From the NCBI GenBank assembly GCA_003858585.1, contig RQZE01000003.1, positions 30,001-62,000 on the forward strand: a DNA stretch of 32,000 nt, given 5' to 3'. Position numbers and translations under genes: made by a program. Every line of letters begins with the position of its first letter. Positions within the stretch are counted from its first letter, which is position 1. Positions 1 to 8,052 of this stretch are shown here, piece after piece. The notes below the pieces were generated by a model. It did not search any database and was not told the DNA's origin. It was given only the letters and a program-made list of their open reading frames with translations. This DNA is from Erysipelotrichaceae bacterium OH741_COT-311 (GTDB lineage Bacteria; Bacillota_I; Bacilli_A; Erysipelotrichales; Erysipelotrichaceae).

Positions 1-127
1 TCCATGTCACAGAGTGATTTATAGTGATCAAACATTGGGAGGTTATGCCTATGGGCAAGATATAAAGCGTTACTTATTGATGCTAGAGGAAAGAGTGAGT
101 AAGGAAGGATCATTATGTACATTTTAG
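1..127 (+). CDS. ogt: 3-prime fragment of methylated-DNA-protein-cysteine methyltransferase (Ogt / Ada C-terminal domain), truncated by the window edge
   Basis: Frame 2 reads PCHRVIYSDQTLGGYAYGQDIKRYLLMLEERVSKEGSLCTF, then TAG at 125-127. PCHRV is the alkyl-acceptor cysteine motif and GGY..G...K..LL..E is the conserved tail. It is absent from the ORF track because it has no in-window start. It overlaps the uppP start by 13 nt. Confidence 0.7.
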   Translation, partial: PCHRVIYSDQTLGGYAYGQDIKRYLLMLEERVSKEGSLCTF

Positions 128-951
128 AGTTAATTAAAGTCATTGTTTTAGGGATTGTTCAAGGGATTACAGAGTGGTTACCAATTAGTAGTACAGGGCA
201 TTTAATCTTATTAAATAATCTGTTATCGTTAAAGATTTATAGCGATCCAATGATGAATAAAGAATTCATAGATATGTTTACAGTAGTCATACAATTAGGT
301 TCTATTTTAGCCGTTTTATTGTTGTATTTTCATAAACTTAATCCATTCTCTCGTTTTAAAAACACAGCACAGAAGAAAGATACCATCTTATTATGGGTTC
401 ATGTCGTGATTGCCGCATTGCCGGCAGCGATTGTTGGGTTATTGTTTGATGATTTTATTGATGGTGTATTATATAATTCATTAACAGTTTCCATTACTTT
501 AATCGTATATGGTGTTTTATTTATCGTTGTAGAGCAGATGAATAAAAAATCCACAATTACGACTTTAAAGACGATGTCTTTTCAAGTAGCATTTATCATC
601 GGTTTATGTCAAATGTTAGCGTTAATACCTGGTACTTCTCGTAGTGGAGCTACCATTATCGGAGCTATTTTAATTGGTTGTTCACGTAGTGTGGCAGCAG
701 AGTTTTCCTTCTTTTTAGCTATACCGATGATGTTTGGCGCTAGCTTATTAAAGTTGGTTAAAATGAAAGTTGCCTTAACGCTAGCTAGTGGATTTGCTTT
801 AATGTTAGGAACGTTTGTGGCTTTTATTGTTTCTGTCTTTGCGATTCGTTTCTTAATGAAGTTTATTAAGAAGTATGATTTCAAGCCGTTTGGTTACTAT
901 CGTATTGTATTGGGGGTTATTGTGCTTATTTCATATTTTTTAGGAGGTTAG
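115..951 (+). CDS. uppP: Undecaprenyl-diphosphate phosphatase (BacA/UppP)
   Basis: 278 aa polytopic membrane protein with GITEWLPISSTGHL and PGTSRSGATI signature motifs. A GGAAGGA RBS lies upstream of the ATG at 115. Confidence 0.95.
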   Translation: MYILELIKVIVLGIVQGITEWLPISSTGHLILLNNLLSLKIYSDPMMNKEFIDMFTVVIQLGSILAVLLLYFHKLNPFSRFKNTAQKKDTILLWVHVVIAALPAAIVGLLFDDFIDGVLYNSLTVSITLIVYGVLFIVVEQMNKKSTITTLKTMSFQVAFIIGLCQMLALIPGTSRSGATIIGAILIGCSRSVAAEFSFFLAIPMMFGASLLKLVKMKVALTLASGFALMLGTFVAFIVSVFAIRFLMKFIKKYDFKPFGYYRIVLGVIVLISYFLGG

Positions 952-955
952 TTGT

Positions 956-2152
956 TTGGATATTTTTACAAATTCAAATTATGTTATTTTATTTTTTCAA
1001 GGAATTTTATCGTTTTTCTCACCATGTGTGTTGCCTTTGATACCGGTATATGTTACATATTTAACTACAGATGCTAGTTATAAGGGAGAAGATGGAACGA
1101 TTCAATATAAGCAAGGGAAAGTACTATTAACAACTGTATTCTTTATCTTAGGGATTAGTAGTATTTTCTTTATTATGGCATTATCAGCATATGCCTTAAG
1201 AGAGTTTTTTAAATATAATCAACTATTGATTAGTATTTTTAGTGGGGTTGTATTGATTCTTTTTGGATTGATGCATCTAGGGATATTAAATATATCATTT
1301 TTGAATAAACAGTATAAGTTACATGCAAAAGTGGGGAAAATGTCGTTGTTAAAGGCTTTTTTACTGGGGTTTGCGTTTAGTTTTGGGTGGACACCATGTA
1401 TTGGACCTGCTTTATCGGCAGCGATTTTAACAGCTTCAAATACAAGTAGTGCGTTCGTTGGTAATTTATATATTTTAAGTTATGTATTAGGTTTTATTAT
1501 TCCATTTTTATGTTTAGGTATCTTTACAAAGACCATTTTAGGTATGATTCAAAAGCATAAACATATTATGAGCTATGCAACGAAATTAGGTGGATTTATT
1601 ATTATCTTCTTAGGAGTTTCAATGATTTATACAGCTGCGATAAAATATCAAGGAAAACAAGTTGTTATTGATACTGTTGCTCAAAGTGCTTCACAAGAAC
1701 AAACACAAAAAAAAGAAGAGAAAAAAGTCTATGCGTTGGATTTCGAGTTAGAAGATCAATTAGGTAATCTTCATAAGCAAAGTGATTATAAAGGAAAGAT
1801 TGTATTGTTACAGTTTTATGCTACATGGTGTCATTATTGTAATCAGGAAGTTCCGGTTTTAACGAAATGGGCTGAGAATCAAGAAGATGTTCAAGTCTTG
1901 TTGGTTGCAAATCCTGGCTTAGGCAATGAAGTAAACAAAGAAGAAATGATTAAGATTTTAAAAGAACGTGATATTACATTACCGGTACTGATGGATGTAG
2001 AAGAAAAAATGATTTCTTATTATGGTGTAAAAGCGTATCCGATGACGTTTATGATCAATAAAGAAGGAGAAGTAATTGGGTATCAGCCTGGCTTATTAAA
2101 TGAGGATATTATGAATACATTAGTAGAACATACAAGAGGTACTACAAAATAA
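956..2152 (+). CDS. Fusion of a CcdA/DsbD-type thiol-disulfide transporter (N-terminal, about 230 aa) with an extracytoplasmic TlpA/ResA-like thioredoxin domain (C-terminal)
   Basis: Both CcdA membrane cysteines are present (FFSPCVLPLIP and WTPCIGPAL). A low-complexity linker (QSASQEQTQKKEEKK) follows, then a thioredoxin fold with ATWCHYC (CxxC). The start is TTG at 956, 8 nt after AGGAGG at 942-947. There is no in-frame ATG before the conserved N-terminus. Confidence 0.85.
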   Translation: MDIFTNSNYVILFFQGILSFFSPCVLPLIPVYVTYLTTDASYKGEDGTIQYKQGKVLLTTVFFILGISSIFFIMALSAYALREFFKYNQLLISIFSGVVLILFGLMHLGILNISFLNKQYKLHAKVGKMSLLKAFLLGFAFSFGWTPCIGPALSAAILTASNTSSAFVGNLYILSYVLGFIIPFLCLGIFTKTILGMIQKHKHIMSYATKLGGFIIIFLGVSMIYTAAIKYQGKQVVIDTVAQSASQEQTQKKEEKKVYALDFELEDQLGNLHKQSDYKGKIVLLQFYATWCHYCNQEVPVLTKWAENQEDVQVLLVANPGLGNEVNKEEMIKILKERDITLPVLMDVEEKMISYYGVKAYPMTFMINKEGEVIGYQPGLLNEDIMNTLVEHTRGTTK

Positions 2153-2177
2153 AAGATCGCAAGATCTTTTATTTTTG
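2151..2177 (+). terminator. Rho-independent terminator after the CcdA-Trx gene
   Basis: AAAAGATC (2151-2158), loop GCAA, GATCTTTT (2163-2170), followed by ATTTTTG. Confidence 0.7.
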
Positions 2178-2184
2178 TTACAAT
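2176..2184 (+). promoter_or_regulatory. Extended -10 promoter element (TGtTACAAT) for the 2200 gene
   Basis: TGTTACAAT at 2176-2184 lies about 16 nt upstream of the ATG at 2200, with AGGTGGTG as RBS. No good -35 is present because that region overlaps the terminator. Confidence 0.4.
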
Positions 2185-2199
2185 GTAGGTGGTGATAGT

Positions 2200-3105
2200 A
2201 TGACAACGTTAATAAAACAAGTAAAAGTATTTGATACATTCGAAGAGTGTGATGTATATGTAGATGATTTAGGTGCAACAACCATTGCACAAGGTATTGA
2301 TTTGGACAGTGATATTTTAATCGATGGCTTTGATTTATATGCATTACCTTCTTTAATACTTCCATATGTAAAAGAGGATATTAAGGAAGAGGTGTTGATA
2401 AAAGGAGGATTTTCTACGGTTTGTAAAGAAGGAGCGATTTCTTCTTTTTATACTAAGATAAATTATCATAAAATTCTATCTGTTACTTCTTTGGAAGATG
2501 TAATTCTTGCCGATTGTTTTTTATTTCGTTTAGATACGCATGAAGATGTTTCTTCTATTTTACAGGCAATTAAACAGCGTAATGGATTGTTGTTGATGGA
2601 TTATAATAAAGAGCTATTGGAAGTAAATCGAAGTGTAGGTTGTAGTATGCATATCATGGATATTGATGTAAAAGAGATACAAAACATAAAAGAATATCAA
2701 ACATTCTTTCCTTTGACATGTGGAGTAAAGATGTCTACACTTTTGAATGAAATAGCATCATATATAAAATGGATCGAAGAAGATGTAATTGAGTGTATTC
2801 ATATTGATGATCACTATGAATATGCCTTTGCACTATTATATACAAAATTAGTGAATAAGCGTTATATGTCATTGAAGCAATTGTGTAAGCTTGTTGCTTA
2901 TAACATAGCGGATATTTTTGGTATGGATGGTGGAGAGTTTATTAATTATCAAGAAAATGATTTCTTTATGATGAATTGTCACGTTAATGACCGATTATTT
3001 TCTAAAGAGTTTATAGTGTTAGATGAATCTTTAGTGAATGAATATGTAAATTGTCGTATTGTGTATCATTGTATGAAGGGTTTTGTTTTATATAACATAA
3101 TTTAA
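2200..3105 (+). CDS. Dihydroorotase-like / amidohydrolase-fold protein, shortened and lacking the HxH metal ligands (candidate pseudoenzyme)
   Basis: The N-terminus LIKQVKVFD..DVYVDD..IAQGIDLDSDILIDGFDLYALPSLILPYVKE..GGFSTVC parallels dihydroorotase (LIKNG..DI.I.DG.I..IG....IDA.G..V.PGFIDLHVHLRE..GGFTTV). LPY occupies the HVH position. The C-terminus MSLKQLCKLVAYNIADIFGMDGGEF parallels the DHOase tail (SL..LV...S.NPA.I.GL..G.L). The protein is 301 aa, against about 425 aa for active DHOases. Confidence 0.5.
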   Translation: MTTLIKQVKVFDTFEECDVYVDDLGATTIAQGIDLDSDILIDGFDLYALPSLILPYVKEDIKEEVLIKGGFSTVCKEGAISSFYTKINYHKILSVTSLEDVILADCFLFRLDTHEDVSSILQAIKQRNGLLLMDYNKELLEVNRSVGCSMHIMDIDVKEIQNIKEYQTFFPLTCGVKMSTLLNEIASYIKWIEEDVIECIHIDDHYEYAFALLYTKLVNKRYMSLKQLCKLVAYNIADIFGMDGGEFINYQENDFFMMNCHVNDRLFSKEFIVLDESLVNEYVNCRIVYHCMKGFVLYNII

Positions 3106-3126
3106 AAAAACAGCGCAAGCTGTTTT
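3104..3126. terminator. Bidirectional rho-independent terminator between convergent genes
   Basis: AAAACAGC (3107-3114), loop GCAA, GCTGTTTT (3119-3126). An A-run lies on the left and a T-run on the right, so it works on both strands. The right arm overlaps the queA-queH stop codon (3125-3127). Confidence 0.75.
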
Positions 3127-4779
3127 ATTCGTTATTCATAGAATAGATACATCCGCAATAGTGTTGGGCGTATAGATTCTTTTCTTTTACAAGTTCATTG
3201 CGTCGATCAATACCTTTGTTTTTCTTAAAGTCGGAATATAAGTATTTCACCTTTGAATATTTTTTTTCAAGGTTTGCTCCAATCTGGTTTAATTTCTGGG
3301 AGTCTTTTTGTCTTGAAATGGTCATCACCGTTGTAAAGTAGTCAAAGTTGTGTTTGGTTGCGTAATTATAGGCTTCATCCATACGCATTGCATAGCAGTG
3401 AAAACAACGTTTACCGCCTTCTTTTTCATCTTTTAAAGGTTCTAGTTTTTTCGTATAAGCAACGTTATCATAGTCAGGAGCTAAAATAGGGATGTCACAT
3501 TGATATTGTTTGTTGAATTCATCAACATAATAACGTAACTCTTCTAAGCGTTTGATGTATTCATTTTCCGGGTAGATATTAGAGTTGTTATAGTAAATGG
3601 TAATATTAAATTTCTTGATAAGAAATTCAAGAGGAAAGCTGATACAAGGTGCACAACAAGCATGTAATAATAGATTTTTCTTTCCTTCAAAACCTTCCAT
3701 TTCATCGATGCATTTTTGATAATAATTGATTTTTGGTTGGGATGGTAAAGGATCTTCGTTAGTTATAAACATACAATCTCCAAAAGAAAAGAAACGATAT
3801 TTTTGTTTGATGGCATGTTGATAAGCTTTAAAAATTAAGTCTTTGCCGGCGAAAGAGGAAATCATCATAATGAGTGTGGATTTTGGTAGGTGGAAGTTTG
3901 TAATAATCGCATCCACCACTTGCCACTTATAGCCTGGATAAATAAAAATATCTGTATAACCGCTACATTCTTTGAAGGTGTGATATTGCTTATATATGGC
4001 TTCAATGGTTCTAGTTGATGTTGTACCTACTGTAATGATGCGTTGTTTCTTCTTTAATGCATGATTTAAAATATCCGCACTAGCTTGATCCATCATGTAA
4101 AATTCACTATGCATGATGTGTTCTTCTACCATCTCAACATCAATGGGTTTAAATGTTCCAAGACCAACATGTAAGGTTACATCAACAATTTGAACACCTT
4201 TTCGTTTTAAGGCATCAAAAATATCATCTGTAAAGTGTAAGCCGGCTGTTGGAGCTGCAGCACTTCCTAATACTTTGGAATAAACTGTTTGATAGCGTTC
4301 TTTATCTTCCAGTTTTTCATGGATATATGGAGGTAGTGGAATGTTTCCAAGTTCATTTAAGATTTCAAAGAAGATGCCTTCGTAGATCATTTTAAATCGA
4401 CGAAGGCCTTTTTCTAAGACTTCAACACACTGTGCTTTTAAGCGTCCATCTCCAAACGATACTATCGTGTTTAATTTTACTACCTTAGCATTGCCGACTA
4501 AACATTGCCATATATCACCATCTTGTTTTAAAAGTAGTAGTTCCACATGGGCATTGGTTTCTTCTTTTATACCAAAAAGACGTGCAGGAATCACACGTGT
4601 ATTATTGCGGACTAACACATCACCTTTTTTAAAGTAATCGACAATGTTATAGAAGTGTTTGTCTGCTAGTTTTTTATTTTTTTTATTTACCACTAAGAGT
4701 CTTGAAGTTTTACGATTTTTTACAGGTGTTTGTGCAATTAACTCTTCAGGTAAATGAAAATCAAATTCATCTGTTCTCA

Positions 4780-4780
<1 letters not shown>
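3125..4780 (-). CDS. queA: Fusion protein: S-adenosylmethionine:tRNA ribosyltransferase-isomerase (QueA, aa 1 to about 340) plus epoxyqueuosine reductase QueH (DUF208, aa about 368-551)
   Basis: The N-terminal part runs from MRTDEFDFHLPEELIAQTP through VGTTSTRTIE to RFFSFGDCMFI, a full-length QueA. After a linker (NEDPLPSQPKINYYQKCIDEMEGFEGKK) come the QueH hallmarks LLLHACCAPC, GGKRCFHCYAMR and YAQHYCGCIYS. The reading frame is single and uninterrupted. Confidence 0.9.
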
Positions 4781-5964
<1,184 letters not shown>

Positions 5965-5976
5965 CTAGGTGAATGT

Positions 5977-6426
5977 ATGAAGAGTAAAATTTTAAAAATT
6001 CGTAATCTTCCGCAAGATAAAACAGTGATGTATACTTTACAGGCAAAGCCATTTATTTTTTTAATGACCATGATGATTGTAAGTATTTTTATTGCTATTT
6101 TTAATGCGACTAATTTTTTATATGCTATTGTTATTTTCTTAGTAGCGCTATTTGCGATTGTTTTTATGCCGGATAGTTTGATTTTACAGTTTATGAAAGA
6201 GTATATGGTTATTTATCATAATTTAAGACGTAATGAGTGTTATTTGGTGTATTACGATGAAATTAAGGTGTGGCAATATCAATGGAGTTTGCAAAAAGAT
6301 TATTTATATTTACAGTTAATGGATGATACAGAGTTTTGTGTGGAGTGTTTTAATCGCAGAAAAGTAAAGGCATTTTTAAAGCAATGTTGTCCGAATAAAG
6401 AATTAAAGAAGGAGAAGAAAGTATAA
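5977..6426 (+). CDS. Small membrane protein of unknown function (two N-terminal TM helices plus a soluble C-terminal domain, possibly PH-like)
   Basis: Hydrophobic segments FIFLMTMMIVSIFIAIF and LYAIVIFLVALFAIVF are followed by about 85 aa of soluble sequence. The start is placed at ATG 5977, 4 nt after AGGTGA at 5967-5972. Its stop overlaps the next gene's ATG (TAATG at 6424-6428). Confidence 0.6.
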   Translation: MKSKILKIRNLPQDKTVMYTLQAKPFIFLMTMMIVSIFIAIFNATNFLYAIVIFLVALFAIVFMPDSLILQFMKEYMVIYHNLRRNECYLVYYDEIKVWQYQWSLQKDYLYLQLMDDTEFCVECFNRRKVKAFLKQCCPNKELKKEKKV

Positions 6427-6722
6427 TGGATATTATGAATTTAGTAGATGAAGAATATCAAGATTTGTCGCTATTGTTTAAAATGTTTTCAGATAAAACA
6501 AGATTAAAAATCTTAGTGGCTTTAGTCAATGCCTCTTTATCTGTCAATGCTTTAGCGGAATTGTTGGATATGAGTCAAAGTGCCATTTCACATCAACTTG
6601 CAACTTTAAAACAAATGCGCTTAGTTCGTTATCTTAAAAAAGGGAAACAGGTTTACTACTCTCTTGCGGATGATCATATTGTGTCCATTATTAAGATGGC
6701 GTATGAACATATTTTAGAATGA
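6426..6722 (+). CDS. ArsR/SmtB-family winged-helix transcriptional repressor, alpha5-type metal-site pattern
   Basis: LFKMFSDKTRLKILVAL..LSVNALAELLDMSQSAISHQLATLKQMRLV..KKGKQVYYSL is the canonical ArsR HTH. The C-terminus LADDHIVSIIKMAYEHILE fits D-x-H-x10-H-x2-E. No alpha3 CxC motif is present. Confidence 0.9.
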   Translation: MDIMNLVDEEYQDLSLLFKMFSDKTRLKILVALVNASLSVNALAELLDMSQSAISHQLATLKQMRLVRYLKKGKQVYYSLADDHIVSIIKMAYEHILE

Positions 6723-6766
6723 TGTAAATTTTTACATTTTATGTAAAATAAAGTTTTTGTTTACAT
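6722..6766. promoter_or_regulatory. Operator-like array of four alternating heptads ATGTAAA / TTTACAT
   Basis: ATGTAAA (6722-6728), tt, TTTACAT (6731-6737). Then ATGTAAA (6741-6747), 12 nt, TTTACAT (6760-6766). The first pair is a perfect 7-2-7 palindrome (core TGTAAA-tt-TTTACA). The last heptad coincides with a -35 box. Confidence 0.45.
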
Positions 6767-6788
6767 TTCTTTGTTTCTTTGGTATTAT
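6760..6788 (+). promoter_or_regulatory. Candidate sigma-A promoter for the 6817 operon
   Basis: TTTACA (6760-6765), 17 nt, TATTAT (6783-6788). The RBS AAGGAAG at 6801-6807 and the ATG at 6817 sit at sensible distances. Confidence 0.45.
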
Positions 6789-6816
6789 TTTAATGCTGTA
6801 AAGGAAGAAACAACGA

Positions 6817-7203
6817 ATGAATAAATTTGAAAATAATGCTTATTTTTGGCAAAAAATTGATACGTTATGTCTCTCAGGGGATTTTGTTTTAAAAAATGTG
6901 AAAGGAAGTATAGATGTACATTATCATAACTTAGTATTTCCTTGTGATTTTGGATATCTTCAAGATAGTTCCAAAAATGAAGTGACATCCATCGCATGTT
7001 TTAAGGGATCGAAAGGATTGCAATGTGAAAGCTGCATTGTAAGTGTTGATATTTTAAAGGGTTCTTTAAATGTGATGCTTCTTTTGGGAGTAAGTGATCA
7101 AGAGGAAGATGAAATTTTACGTTTTTTAAATCAAACAGATTTTCAAAAAACGGTGTTAATTCGTAAAGGGAATGAAATACCGAATTGGTCATGGTCGGAA
7201 TAA
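6817..7203 (+). CDS. Small conserved cytoplasmic protein. It resembles, from memory only, the roughly 120-aa 'inorganic pyrophosphatase-like' family of Firmicutes, but with substituted acidic residues
   Basis: 128 aa. FWQKID....V.KNVKGSIDVHYHNLVFPCDFGYLQDS....V.SIACFKGS...IVSVDILKGSLNVMLLLG recalls the pattern FW..LD...I.DRPKGS.HP....IYP.DYGY...T...DG..ID.W.GS. The family assignment is not verified. Confidence 0.5.
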   Translation: MNKFENNAYFWQKIDTLCLSGDFVLKNVKGSIDVHYHNLVFPCDFGYLQDSSKNEVTSIACFKGSKGLQCESCIVSVDILKGSLNVMLLLGVSDQEEDEILRFLNQTDFQKTVLIRKGNEIPNWSWSE

Positions 7204-7233
7204 GTTAAGGTTTTTAACTTATTTTCTTTTTTA
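7202..7233 (+). terminator. Weak AT-rich hairpin plus T-run (possible leaky terminator or attenuating structure inside the operon)
   Basis: AAGTTAA (7202-7208), loop GGTTT, TTAACTT (7214-7220), then ATTTTCTTTTTT. It is immediately followed by AGGAGG at 7233-7238 for the next gene. Confidence 0.35.
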
Positions 7234-7242
7234 GGAGGTTAT

Positions 7243-8052
7243 ATGAAGAAGGTTAATTTTCATACACATACATCATTGTGTAATCATGCAAGTGGAACTA
7301 TGGAAGAGTATGTTATACATGCAATTAAGCAAGGATATAAAGTTCTGGGTTTTTCAGATCATAGCCCTTGGAAGTTTGAAGATCATTATGTATCTCCAAT
7401 TCGGATGAAACTTTATGAATTTGAAAAGTATAAAAAAGAGTTTATACGTTTAAAAGAAAAGTATAAAGAAGAGATTGTACTAAAACTTGGATTAGAGGTT
7501 GAGTATTTTCCAAGCTTAATGGATTGGCTTAAACAGTTTGTGGTAGAGGAAGATTTGGATTATATCATTTTTGGGAATCATTATCATCAAATAGAGACTC
7601 GTAGTACATATTATGGCAGTATTACCAAAGATGATGAAATGTTAAAAGCTTATACATTAAGTTGTATTGAAGGAATGAAAACAAATCTATATTCCTATTT
7701 GGCACACCCGGATTTATTTATGCGTAGTCATCGACCTTTTGATGATTTATGTTACTGGGCAAGTGAAGAAATCGCTCAGGCAAGTGTAAAATACAATATT
7801 CCGCTGGAATATAATTTAGAAGGTTTACATTACAGTAAGATTGCAAGTCGTCAAGAATATCCGTATGATTCTTTTTGGAAGATTGCTGGACGTTATAAAT
7901 GTAAGGCGATTATCGGTGTGGATGCACATTGTCCGGAGGCCTTCGATCGAGGATATTATGAACAAGCATATCAAGACTTATCATCTTATGGAGTGGAAGT
8001 TATTGACGATATTGAGTATAGAAAGTGGGAACAAAAATATGAAAATAGATAA
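7243..8052 (+). CDS. PHP-domain phosphoesterase of the histidinol-phosphatase (HisJ/HisK) family
   Basis: NFHTHTSLCNHA (HxH) and GFSDHSP, with later HPD and GVDAH motifs typical of PHP trinuclear-metal phosphatases. 269 aa. Confidence 0.85.
   Translation: MKKVNFHTHTSLCNHASGTMEEYVIHAIKQGYKVLGFSDHSPWKFEDHYVSPIRMKLYEFEKYKKEFIRLKEKYKEEIVLKLGLEVEYFPSLMDWLKQFVVEEDLDYIIFGNHYHQIETRSTYYGSITKDDEMLKAYTLSCIEGMKTNLYSYLAHPDLFMRSHRPFDDLCYWASEEIAQASVKYNIPLEYNLEGLHYSKIASRQEYPYDSFWKIAGRYKCKAIIGVDAHCPEAFDRGYYEQAYQDLSSYGVEVIDDIEYRKWEQKYENR

Noticed and set aside
609-884. Antisense ORFs in the six-frame track: 609-884, 2120-2365, 6785-6997, 7001-7192, 7981-8211, 9063-9263, 11196-11468, 12387-12587, 12841-13041, 16144-16359, 17718-18086, 17753-17938, 18171-18371, 18256-18519, 25993-26211, 29497-29679 and 30753-31019
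   Set aside because: Each lies opposite a gene with strong family motifs. None has a convincing RBS, and their translations are low-complexity or compositionally odd (runs of I/F/K/N or H/R), as expected from the reverse frame of AT-rich coding DNA. I found no recognisable motifs.
6722-6790. Attenuator (1:2 / 2:3 / 3:4 alternative hairpin) reading of the four heptads
   Set aside because: The alternating heptads could in principle form mutually exclusive hairpins followed by a T-rich tract. However, each stem is only 7 bp with a single G-C pair, and there is no leader peptide or known ligand-binding fold. A protein operator is the more economical explanation.
7841-8038. A 66-codon N-terminal extension of the M42 peptidase ORF running through the PHP phosphatase gene
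   Set aside because: The extension (MQVVKNIRMILFGRLLDV...) has no similarity to M42 N-termini. The conserved N-terminus begins at MKIDKKYTLEFLK (ATG 8039). It is an open frame by chance inside the upstream gene.
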